Shown here: positions 54,801 through 64,000 of the stretch, one piece after another
Layout: every line of letters begins with the position of its first letter
Numbering within the stretch: position 1 is the first letter of the stretch
NCBI RefSeq assembly: GCF_006345805.1
Contig: NC_043012.1
Location: 55,614,001-55,678,000 of the forward strand
Direction of reading: 5' to 3'
DNA: 64,000 bases
DNA from: Octopus sinensis
Lineage: Eukaryota
Program-made: the position numbers and the translations under genes
Notes under the pieces: model-generated
Told to the model about the DNA's origin: nothing
Seen by the model: only the letters and a program-made list of their open reading frames with translations
Databases searched by the model: none

Positions 54801-57215
54801 ATGAATAATCAACTGTTCAACCGTCTCTCACTTTTGAAATATCAAAAGATATGGACAGACAAGGATTGAGAGTGGAGTGGAGATAAAATGTATAGGTTTC
54901 AAGGCTGACTAAGCACTGTAAATGTTTCAAATAAAAACATTTGCCTCCAGTACTAAGGATTGGCAAAAAAACGAGGACTTTAACCATTTATTGGAGGAAA
55001 CTATCATGCAGAGATTTGGTCAGAATTGAGATGAAATAGGAAGGTAAATGGTGTAGCATCCACGAACAGAAATAGAAAGGGAGCTAAAAGACTTTTGCTA
55101 ACACTAAACTATTGAGAAATTCTAGGATCATCTATAAAGAGAGGCTGAAATCTGAGAGGTAACTAATTCATAGAGCTACAGTATAAAATACCAATTAATG
55201 TTGTACTTACCTTCTCTTTAGTTTCAAGGTAAACCTCATAGTCTGCAGAGTCAACTGCCTATAGGGGAACACGCAAAATAGGAAAATTGTCAAGAAACGA
55301 GCTTTCATGCAAGACATGCAATATATAGGGGCCCGTTGTGATAAAGGACCCCAATGAGATTTCTACACCAGCAGGATGTGCCTCAGTGTACAAGTGACAA
55401 TATGTATATATTACACACATATATATTACATTATAAACATTTACAACATAGAACACAGTAGTCAACAAAAATAATTATATACAAAGAGACAATGTGAATT
55501 GTATTATTATTTAAATATATACACTCTATACATAATTTTAAAGCAAACTATTAAAAAGAAAATCATGCATGCTTCTCAGGCAAGTTTTTAAATTTAGTGA
55601 AGTGAGAAGTTTGGTTGGTTGTCTTAGAAACAATACTTTAAGTATCAGTAGAATTAATATTTTACAAATATATATAAATATTTACATTTTCAGGAAATTA
55701 GGTAAAAAGTCATTTGTTTGGCTAATCGTGAGCATCTTAGAAGCAACAGAATGTTAAGTAACCATCTCTTGCTTAGCACATCTAATATGAATGCAAAATT
55801 AAGTTGATAACTATGCAGCTTGAATAAAGAATTTGGAATAACAGTTAAAATTTTATGAATTGCATAAACATTAGACTGATGTAACATTTAGATAGTTTTA
55901 ACAGCCGATACTACATGCTTGGTTAGATGATTTCTCTACCAGACTGCTTAAAAGGGCCATGCATGTTTTATACCATACAGCATAACAAAGAAAGGGAAAA
56001 AAGATTTCTCTTCAAGGCCAATAAATACTTTGGTTGTAAACAGCTGGTCACACTTATCAAAACACAATAACTACGTTCTAAACTAGAGTACTACACAGCA
56101 CATAAATTAGATACCCTAACTCCATCCATACTGAAGACAAAATTCAATAAAATATATTTTTTTTTAAAATTCTCAATGTGAAGTAGGTCCTTTATTTTAC
56201 ACAAATTTGTCATTTCAGAATTTAGGAACTGTTAGTTTTCTAAACAATCTTTTAGGTGTTATCTTAGCATTGCCATAACAGAACCCACTAATTTAACATA
56301 GAATTCTTCAACAAAAGAAATAATTGCAGGACTTTACTACACATACATACACACATTTGCATGCTGCTAGCATTAACTGATTTCATACAAGAAATGCAAC
56401 TGGCTCAGTTAACAAAAGAAAGAGGCAAACAAATAGTTCAATGAGCACGTAACTGCTTGGCTTAGTCAAGCTAACAGTAAATAAGTACCATATTTAGGTA
56501 TAGTTCAAGGTCCAGCTAATACTTGAAGCAGGAGGAGCACTGCATGATTAACAAGTGTTTTTAGTTTAGAGCAACACCCTAATATCAAGCTATTTAGTAG
56601 ATAGATCATCATATAAGCAATCTTGATGCAATCTTGCTTCAACTTATTTAACCACAAGAAGACTCAAGTTGACAATGAGGATATTTACATGAACACGTTT
56701 GATATAAATAGCAGTCAAATCTTCCTCAAATCAACTGTCTTATAAGGAAGGTCACATTAGATAACGAAGTCCAAGATGCCTCTATAAAGATGAGATGGTC
56801 ACAGCTGGAATGCTTTTTGGTCATAGCTTTGTTCAAATTTGACCCAAGGCTAAGTGAATTTGATATAAAATTAATGCTAGTAAAAATCAAATGACTAAAT
56901 TTTTAAAATTTTAACTGAAAGGAGAAAAAAAAAAACAATGCAAGTCTAACAACACTAATTCTAGAGTGGGCGGAATGGAGAAAGTTTGCATGTTTTAATG
57001 GTAACAAAAAAGAAAATCTAAAATAGCCTGAGAAGAGATAATGTATGGCTACTGCCCTTCATAAAGGCCATGCCATTCTAAGGTATTTTGGATAGATTCC
57101 AAAAGTAAATCTATGTGGGTGAAACCAGTGTTGTAGTTTGCAATACATGTACAGCAGGTAACAGTTACAAAAACATAACATAACATAACATTTTTTTAAT
57201 ATATAATATAAATAT

Positions 57216-57265
<50 letters not shown>

Positions 57266-59481
57266 AGAGAGAAAGAGAAAGAGAGAGTCTGTCATGCTGA
57301 AGAATGAGCAAAAGCATTGAGAATCTGCAGATGATATGTAAAACCAGGAATAAAAATTCCAAAATGGTTAAGTCATATTTATAGCAGAGCTTAACTATCA
57401 AGCAGTATGCAGTCATTGTGTAATGATAACTTTAAAACGCATTTCTTGGGAACGATAAATATGTATGCAATGCATGTGGGCATATAGGATGTGGCCACAC
57501 CATCGAATGTTTGACTTAATTGGAAGAATAGAATTTGTTTTTAATTAATAAATTATTCTTAATTAGATAAAATAGAAACACAGATTATTTTCAAGCATGC
57601 TGCAAACTCTGTGTCCACCCCCAAACACACACAAAAAGATTGGGGAGAAAATGAAAATATGGTGTTATTGGGATTTATTTCATTCACACAATTTAGGAAA
57701 ATTGGTAGAATTAGTACAAAACTAAAAACCAAATGAGAAACCACACATTTTTTTTTTAAACCACCAAATTAAAATGTTTAAGAAATATTCTAAACTGAAG
57801 GAAGAGAAGATTGTTACTCTGCATTTATCATGCAAATCATATAACCATTAAAAAATTTATTAGTTTGGTATTCTTAGAATATGGTAAACTTGATAACATA
57901 GTAATTTGGCATTTCTAAATTTTAAATATCATGATATTTTCATCGAATATCAAATAAAACAAAAGATAGTTCAACTGAAAGCTATCTCTTGCAACATCCC
58001 GTTTCTAAAATAAAATTAAAGATTTTTTTTGTTTAAACCATGATTAAAAAAACTTGTCCAACATTAGCTGATTTGATTGTCAGCAGTGTGGTACAATGGA
58101 ATACGAACAAACCCAGTCTCTGACATTTTAACAAACTGGCTTAAGTAGTACTTTAAAAATCATTAATGTAAGAATAGCAGAAAATTTCCATCTCATGAGA
58201 TTGTTAATTTTACACACCTGGCTGGGGGATCCATATTTGTACTTCATAGAATATTTGTTAGAGTCCATGAAGAGAAAAGAAAGCAGCACCAAAAATAAAG
58301 AAGCTTTCTTGAACTGTGTTAGCCAACTAATGAGATGGAGAAGAGAATTCAATCTCTCTAAGATAGTTCTTTATCATTGTTACAGTTTCCAAAAATAAAG
58401 AATAAATCTTTTATCAGGATTATATAAATAAATACCAATCTATTATTGGGAAAACTGAGTAACTGATAATTTGATGGGTCCGTTACAAAAGTTTATTTTT
58501 AGGTTTTCTCTTTTTTTAGAAACCTTTTTTTGGATAGCTTATCTGTTTTAGAGAATTCCTACCAATGAATCCCATTGTTTTACTTTTCTTAGATGAAATA
58601 CAAAATTAAAAATGGGAAAAATTTTCTTTGCAGCAATAATTAAGGTGTGTATAGTGAAGACATTAGCTTCCAACCACATAGCTTCAGGTTCAGTCCCAGA
58701 CTGTGACACCTTGGGCAAGTATAGTCTTCTTCCACAACCCTGGGCTGACCAAAGCCTTTTTGAGTGGATGTGGAAGTCAGAAACTGAAAGAAGTTCGTCT
58801 ATATAGGAGTCACTGCCACACAAGCAGTATGGTTCTGTGAAAAATATCTGGCCAAGGGGAAATATCACCTTACTTGGAAACAGGTAAGGGTTAGTGACTG
58901 GAAAAGCATCTGACCAAAGAAAATCTGTCTCAATGAATTGTTTCAACTATGCAAGCATGGAAAAGTGGACATTAAAACCATACTGACTAAAAACTTTGAA
59001 GAATTTCTTTCAGAAACAACTGAGGTACTTCTTGTCTTAAAGATGAAAAAGATCCATCACCACTAACACCAGCCACCCAAATAAAATACCTCTAATTTGT
59101 TTACCACATGGAACAATAGACAAAATAAGGAGACTTACTTCAACTTGGTATTTTCCATCTGGAATACTTTGTCCACCAAATTGAATGCTGATGGAGTAGG
59201 TTCCAGGAAACTGTGGAGTGAATTGAATACTGAAGGTTTCATCGGGATTCTCAATGATGTCAATATCAATATCATGACCATTAGAATCACGAATACGGCA
59301 GGTAACTTTACCGGTACCGGCCTGTGAAGCATCAACAGTAATGACAGTTTCCTTTTTGACCATAACAGTTTTCTCTGTACCCTCTGTAAACAAACAGCAT
59401 AAAACAATTGGGTTATTACTGATCAATAATTATAATAATAGTAATGACTTATAACAGAAGTACAAGACAGAAGTACATTTT

Positions 59482-59514
<33 letters not shown>

Positions 59515-62500
59515 AGTGGATTTAGTGAACTAATTAACTAATTTAATAATTATAATTACTAGTATTACCTGCTGTGCTTGAGGAGACCTATTGAGTCAAG
59601 TACATCAACATCAAAATAAATATCAAATGGAAATTGTAGTTTGTGCCGGTGGCACGTAAAAAGCACCATCCGAACGTGACCGATGCCAGCGCCGCCTTGA
59701 CTGGCTTCTGTGCCGGTGGCACATAAAAAGCACCAACCAATTGTGGCCACTGCCAGTTTCCCCTGGCACCTGTGCCGGTGGTTGGCGTTAGGAAGGGCAT
59801 CCAGCAGTAGAAACACTGCCGGATCAGACTGGAGCCTGGTACAGCCTCTTGGCTTCCCAGACCCCGGTCGAACCATCCAACCCGTGCTAGCATGGAAAAT
59901 GGACATTAAACGATGATGACTAGTATAAATACAATGTAGAGGAGCATGGCTTAGTAGTTAGGGTGTAAGACTGGTTTTGATTCCTGGACCAGGTGATGTG
60001 TTGTGTTCTTGAGCAAAACTTCATTTTATGCTGTTCCAGCCTACTCATCTGGTAAACATAAGTAATCCTACAATGGACTGGAATCCCATCCAGGGAGGAA
60101 TATATACACCAGAGAAACTGGAAAACCAACCCTATGCTCCTTATGAAGTAGTGTGGACTAACCAGTATAAATACAAGACCAAACAATTTTAGAGAGAGAG
60201 AGATGTAGTGGCTTTAACAGACCTCATAATTAACATAGGACATAATATATTTAATATAGATACCAGGCAATACATTAAAGAAGCAAGATAAGGGTAATGT
60301 ATTTAATAAATGTATTTGGGATTCAATTTATAATTATAATAATTTCTAACAGATATAAATGCACATGGTCATGCTTTTATTTATTTTTTAAAGTAGGTTA
60401 TGTGAAAAGTTTAGAATTTTTCAAAATAAATTTTTCAGATCCCATAGAAATTTCTTAAAACTGTAAATATGTGAACTGTAAGATCAGAAAGCAAAGAATG
60501 CGTGTACAAAGTAAGTGACTGGCTGTCGCCCTACTAACCAATAAATTTTGTTAGAAGAAGCTGTATACTCACTTGTAATTTTACATTTGCTGGCATCACC
60601 TGTGGGTTTAGAACAAGCCTTGATGGGGCTGGTTGGAATCTCAACGCCACCGAATTTGATTTTGATTGTGTAGACACCAAGATCTTCAGGAGTGTAAGTA
60701 ACATTAAATGTGCCATCACCATTGTCATGGATGATCGGTTTAACGAACGTGCCGTCTGGTCTCTATTTAAAATAAAGTAAACTCGTTAAGTATCACAAAT
60801 TGTGTGTGTGCATGTGTGGTAGTGTTGTGCAAATATGCGATAGTGGTGTTGTGAGATGTAATGGATAATAAAATTTTTTAATCAGAAATTTGCAACACAC
60901 TAATTTCTTAAAAAAAAAAAAAATTACTTTAAATTTAAAAAAAAAAGGTGATTATTGGAATGAAAATTTGAAACCCCTGTGAAAGTAACTCCAATACAAT
61001 AATAGCATAAATGTTGGCTGGTTGATTGATTTCTCCAGCTACACTTTACATCATGTAGAGGATGGGGAGAGGATAAAAGACAGATACAGAGAGTTAAGAG
61101 ATGTGGGATGAGTGCAAATACTAAGCTTGGTGGCAGATAATGAGTGAAGGAATGTTTTACACACAATGAAAGGAAGAAAAGGAGAGGATATAAATGATAG
61201 AAATAATGGGAGGTGTTATGTAAATGAGAAATGTTTTATTTACTTTTATTTTAAGAATTAGTATTTATTTCATTTTGTATAAACAAAGAAATTTGATAAA
61301 TTTAAATTATTGTATGTATGTTATATTTCCTGAAATTATCCCTAGTGGAAAAATACAAAATTACCTGTCACATGACTAATAACACTAATTAAAATATATT
61401 TACCTGAATTGACACTTCTAAGTCTGCAATTCCTGCCTCAGTGGTATCGATGCAGAATGACACAGGAAGACTAGCAGGGACATCATTCACCCCAGGACCA
61501 TAAACACGAACTTTAGTTGGATCAAAACCTGGTTTAACAGGCATATTAAATGGACTGGAAAATAACAACAACAATTGAAAGTGGAAATAGTGAAAACATA
61601 CATTTGTTTTATGGAGATTAATCTTAATCATAAGCACAAAAAAAAAGGCGATAATTATTGATTTTGAATATGGGCAAAAGGTCATTTTTAAAAAAAAATT
61701 TTTAACAGGGGCATAGTCAGTTATAATTGACTTGGTACTTTCCTTAATGTGAGGATGATAATGACAATGGTTAGGAGCTGGATTTGCAGTTATAAGGCTG
61801 TAGGTTCAATTCCAGGACTGGGCGGTACTTTGGGTTCATGAGAAGGGCATTTCATGTTACTCCAGCCCATGGCTGCATCATTATCATTCTCCAGTGTTTT
61901 CTTAGGAATGGTTTCTATGGCTAAATGCCATCCCTAACACCAACAAAGTTACTGGGTGCTATTTTCAATGATACCAGCACTACTGAGGTCTCCCTGCAGC
62001 TTGCGGGACTACAAGCTTCAATAGAGGTGACTTCATGCTACAAGATAAGGGGCCGCAGAGCAGGGTACAAACCAGAACAAATATTTTGCTACAGAGAGGG
62101 TGAGAATGACAGGGTGGACCTGGAAAGAAGAATATTTAATAAACTATATGTTTATTGTTACTAATTAGTAATAAAAGAAATTTACCTTTTTGGCACATGT
62201 TGGTTAGCATATTTCACATCAAGTTGGCATGGACCTTCTTCAGGTACTGTGTAATTAGCCTTGAAAACACCTTCTTCAATAGGATGAACATCAGCTGGCC
62301 TCTTACCTAGATATAGAGAATTTACACTTTGATAAAAAAACCTGTATTGCTCTTTTACACACACGTACACAACTTTACAATCACATTTCTATGCTAGGGT
62401 TGGATGAGTACTTGATACCCTTCCTGATGCCAACCCATAGCTGGTTTTCATGTAAGCTACTTAATTTCATTGGTCTTTGCACATCAAACCAATGAGCGCT

Positions 62501-63366
62501 AGACATATTGCTTATGTGAAAAACCTCATCACTGCTTCCAATGGTACTAGTGCAAAGACATTTGCAGACAAACACTTGCACATACAACACTTCTATATAA
62601 GTGCTGTCAACCAATTTTCACTCACAAGGAATTGGTCAACCAGAAGTTATAGAAGATACATGCTCATTATGCATGAACCTGTGTATATAAGGTTGACTCA
62701 AGAGAATATTAGCTATTCAAGTTGATAGCTGAAATATTTTTTTAGCATTGAACTATGGTACTGGCAAACGCCTCTCTCAAAGTTTCCAATATAACAAATT
62801 AAGAACCATGTAGAGACAAAGCCTGCCACCAAATAACAGATTTAATTTATTTTTTCCCCTTCTTCCTGCCAGCAGAATTGAACTTGCCACTGTTAGCTAC
62901 ACCTCTGCTAAGTGGGAGAAAGATCAATCTCCCTCTGATCCAACATTATGGTAACAGGGGGTAGGCATTGGTTGTACAATACATTGAGATTCAGAGAAGG
63001 GTTCTCTTGTCATTCTTTAATAGGACAGAATGAAAGATGAAATTTTTTAAAAATGAAAGAAAGGAAAACGAAAGAGCAAGGGAGGGAGGGAGGGAGACAG
63101 AGAAGGAAAGAGACAGAGAGGCTAAAACAAGAGTAGGAGTGAAGGAAAAAATTGAAAAAGAAAGCAGAAAAGGTATGAAAAGGAAGTTTTACCAAATTTG
63201 TCAGTGACAGTAACTTCAAGTGGAGCATCTCCGGCTTCTTTAGTATCAATGGTGAAGGATGTTGGTTCCTTGGGTTTGACTCCTTTAGCAGTATCAACAC
63301 CAGGACCTTGGCATTTAACTTTGCTAGGATCAACTGGAGTCTCAACTGGGACATGGAATGGACTTC
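20541..63366 (-). CDS. FLNA: Filamin (FLNA/cheerio-like), 3' part, about 24-25 coding exons, Ig repeats ~13-24; 5' end outside window
   Basis: Exons with GT-AG boundaries join in one frame. Repeated filamin Ig motifs (GPGL, [16 protein letters not shown], YxPTxPGxY, IPGSPF) are collinear with human FLNA Ig13-24 as I recall it. Ends [17 protein letters not shown]. The symbol denotes the family, not one-to-one orthology. Confidence 0.97.
21022..21242. mobile_element. piggyBac-type MITE; second copy at 32802-33019
   Basis: TTAA on both sides, TIR ccctttcgttac / gtaacaaaaggg. Confidence 0.85.
22080..22277 (-). CDS. FLNA: Filamin exon (hinge 2/Ig24): [66 protein letters not shown]
   Basis: tag/gtaagt boundaries, 198 nt. 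Confidence 0.96.
24119..24334 (-). CDS. FLNA: Filamin exon (Ig23): [71 protein letters not shown]
   Basis: tag/gtaggc boundaries, 216 nt. Confidence 0.97.
24799..24998. repeat. Inverted repeat / MITE-like, ~64-bp arms
   Basis: catattctgttgtgt...ttaacacacacacc versus ggtgagtgtgttaa...acacaacagaatatg. Confidence 0.75.
25712..25882 (-). CDS. FLNA: Filamin exon (Ig22/23): [57 protein letters not shown]
   Basis: aag/gtaagt boundaries, 171 nt. Confidence 0.96.
27962..28191. mobile_element. Mariner-derived MITE with long imperfect TIRs
   Basis: ttggtgcataattattg / caataattatgcaccaa termini, similar to cecropia/Hsmar1-type TIRs. Confidence 0.75.
31236..31439. repeat. Near-perfect palindrome: 100-bp arms, 4-nt loop, one mismatch
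   Basis: Centre ccaaga-ataa-tcttgg; only g31299/t31376 breaks the symmetry. Confidence 0.95.
32350..32376 (-). CDS. Candidate 27-nt micro-exon inside Ig22 (inserts AQKTLPSRV)
   Basis: cttacttttctccttcag acceptor, TAG|gtaaga donor, 27 nt, open in the required phase 1. Confidence 0.6.
   Translation of the reverse strand, partial: PRKHYLPE
32645..33414. mobile_element. piggyBac-type non-autonomous element with nested MITE and SINE
   Basis: TTAA-ccctttgaac ... gttcaaaggg-TTAA. Confidence 0.7.
33506..33623 (-). CDS. FLNA: Filamin exon (Ig22): [39 protein letters not shown]
   Basis: tag/gtaatt boundaries, 118 nt, phase 0-1. Confidence 0.95.
33689..33864. mobile_element. piggyBac-type MITE
   Basis: TTAA-ccctttagtat ... 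atattaaaggg-TTAA. Confidence 0.75.
34864..34994 (-). CDS. FLNA: Filamin exon (Ig21/22): [44 protein letters not shown]
   Basis: cag/gtaata boundaries, 131 nt, phase 1-0. Confidence 0.96.
35140..35277 (-). CDS. FLNA: Filamin exon (Ig21): [46 protein letters not shown]
   Basis: aag/gtcagt boundaries, 138 nt; near-identical to the Ig21 integrin-binding face as recalled. Confidence 0.97.
35518..35619 (-). CDS. FLNA: Filamin exon (Ig20/21): [34 protein letters not shown]
   Basis: tag/gtaagt boundaries, 102 nt. Confidence 0.96.
35771..35935 (-). CDS. FLNA: Filamin exon (Ig20): [55 protein letters not shown]
   Basis: tag/gtgagc boundaries, 165 nt. Confidence 0.96.
40122..40297. mobile_element. 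hAT-type MITE (176 bp)
   Basis: Perfect 8-bp target-site duplication atatagac on both sides; TIR cagtgctccacaac / gttgcagagcactg. Confidence 0.88.
42036..42174 (-). CDS. Candidate alternative first coding exon of a short filamin isoform: [46 protein letters not shown](G)
   Basis: caaaATG context, in-frame stop 11 codons upstream, A-rich leader, strong TTG|gtaaga donor in phase 1 matching the acceptor at 35935. Confidence 0.6.
42868..43650. repeat. 44-bp minisatellite, about 17 near-identical copies, between two ~190-bp direct repeats (42684-42890, 43631-43818)
   Basis: Unit aaagtttgacaaagtac(t)8aaactaacagcaactggac; period 44 counted from 42871/42915/42959. Confidence 0.95.
45732..45860 (-). 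CDS. FLNA: Filamin exon (end Ig19/Ig20 N-terminal strands): [43 protein letters not shown]
   Basis: cag/gtaact boundaries, 129 nt. Confidence 0.96.
46795..46947 (-). CDS. FLNA: Filamin exon (Ig19): [51 protein letters not shown]
   Basis: cag/gtaatt boundaries, 153 nt. Confidence 0.96.
47878..48081 (-). CDS. FLNA: Filamin exon (Ig18/19): [68 protein letters not shown]
   Basis: cag acceptor, gtgtgt donor, 204 nt. Confidence 0.95.
48524..48685 (-). CDS. FLNA: Filamin exon (Ig18): [53 protein letters not shown]
   Basis: cag/gtaact boundaries, 162 nt. Confidence 0.96.
49426..49599 (-). CDS. FLNA: Filamin exon (Ig17): [58 protein letters not shown]
   Basis: cag/gtaagt boundaries, 174 nt. Confidence 0.96.
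50855..50983 (-). CDS. FLNA: Filamin exon (Ig16/17): [43 protein letters not shown]
   Basis: cag/gtcagt boundaries, 129 nt. Confidence 0.95.
51559..51699 (-). CDS. FLNA: Filamin exon (Ig16): [47 protein letters not shown]
   Basis: tag/gtgaga boundaries, 141 nt, phase 1-1. Confidence 0.95.
52345..52456 (-). CDS. FLNA: Filamin exon (hinge 1/start Ig16): [37 protein letters not shown]
   Basis: ttttag acceptor, gttagt donor, 112 nt, phase 0-1; supplies the phase change needed to restore frame. Confidence 0.9.
54534..54554 (-). CDS. FLNA: Filamin hinge-1 micro-exon: VLCPQPV
   Basis: tttatctttcag acceptor, GTG|gtcagt donor, 21 nt, phase 0-0. Confidence 0.65.
55211..55258 (-). CDS. FLNA: Filamin hinge-1 small exon: [16 protein letters not shown]
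   Basis: ttttgcgtgttcccctatag acceptor, AAG|gtaagt donor, 48 nt, phase 0-0, no stop. Confidence 0.85.
58218..58268 (-). CDS. Possible alternative first coding exon ([17 protein letters not shown]) of a hinge-1-initiated short filamin
   Basis: ATG to CAG|gtgtgt donor is 51 nt, phase 0, matching the downstream hinge exons; the donor is weak and there is no expression data. Confidence 0.3.
59139..59383 (-). CDS. FLNA: Filamin exon (Ig15): [32 protein letters not shown]...[15 protein letters not shown]
   Basis: cag acceptor, gtaagt donor, 245 nt, phase 1-0. Confidence 0.94.
60573..60762 (-). CDS. FLNA: Filamin exon (Ig14/15): [63 protein letters not shown]
   Basis: tag acceptor, gtgagt donor, 190 nt, phase 0-1. 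Confidence 0.94.
61404..61554 (-). CDS. FLNA: Filamin exon (Ig13/14): [51 protein letters not shown]
   Basis: cag acceptor, gtaaat donor, 151 nt, phase 2-0; VPASLPV motif of Ig14. Confidence 0.94.
62186..62306 (-). CDS. FLNA: Filamin exon (Ig13): [40 protein letters not shown]
   Basis: tag acceptor, gtaaat donor, 121 nt, phase 1-2. Confidence 0.92.
63193..63366 (-). CDS. FLNA: Filamin exon (end Ig12/start Ig13): [58 protein letters not shown]
   Basis: tttcag acceptor, gtaaaa donor, 174 nt, phase 1-1. Confidence 0.93.
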
Positions 63367-64000
63367 CTGAAAGACAAAAATGTTGGAAAAAAAAGTTGAG
63401 AAATGATCCAAGGATTCTTTAGTACAAGGGAATTATTTATTGCATATGGTTCAAGATGAGGAATAGAACTTTATCACCACTAACTCCTGATGAAGGAACC
63501 TCTATATCAGTAGTTTTCAGCCATCTTTTGCCTAAAGACTGATTTCTATTTTATTCTACTGGATCTTCCTATAACCATTCAATGTTTAAAAAAGTTCCAT
63601 TATATTTTTATATCATCATCATCATTTAGTGTGTGCTTTCCATGTTGGCATGGGTTAGATAGTTTGACTGGAACTAGTAAGTTGGAGAGCTGCACTAAGT
63701 TCCAGTTTAATTTAGCATGGTTTCTATGGCTGGATGCCCTTCCTAATGCCAACCACTCCAAGAGTGTAATGGATACCTTTTACATGCCAGTTTCATGACA
63801 CAGGCCATGCCAACTTGATGTGAAATAATTGCACTACAAAATGTTTGAAATATTTTGTCTATCGTAGACCAGGTTGTGTGTTGTGTTCTTGAGCAAGACA
63901 CTTTATTTCTCATTGCTCCAGTTCACTCAGCTGTAGAAATGAGTCAAGACGTTACTGGTGCCAAGCTGTATTGGCCTTTGCCATTCCTTTGGATAATATT

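Overview
AT-rich eukaryotic genomic DNA, dense in microsatellites and SINEs. The repeat families look octopus/coleoid cephalopod (inference). The 3' half of a filamin gene lies on the minus strand (63366->20541). I could splice it by hand into one continuous reading frame, with GT-AG boundaries and consistent phases, covering the equivalents of Ig repeats 13-24 and both hinges. The 3' UTR ends near 19460 and the 5' part of the gene is outside the window. Positions 1-19400 are intergenic: SINEs, a decayed mariner, Penelope-like remnants and simple repeats; almost all ORF-track entries are microsatellite artefacts. Most interesting signals: (i) a 23-nt perfect intronic antisense copy of a filamin exon, plus an exon-intron hairpin over the codon equivalent to the vertebrate FLNA Q2341R editing site (candidate ADAR recoding substrates); (ii) an apparent internal first exon in the Ig20 intron that would make a short Ig20/21-24 filamin, with an E-box-bearing 44-bp minisatellite upstream; (iii) frame-preserving micro-exons in hinge 1 and Ig22; (iv) an intact-core minimal hammerhead ribozyme and two decayed copies; (v) a 100-bp near-perfect intronic palindrome. 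All come from reading the sequence by eye; no folding, alignment or expression data were available.
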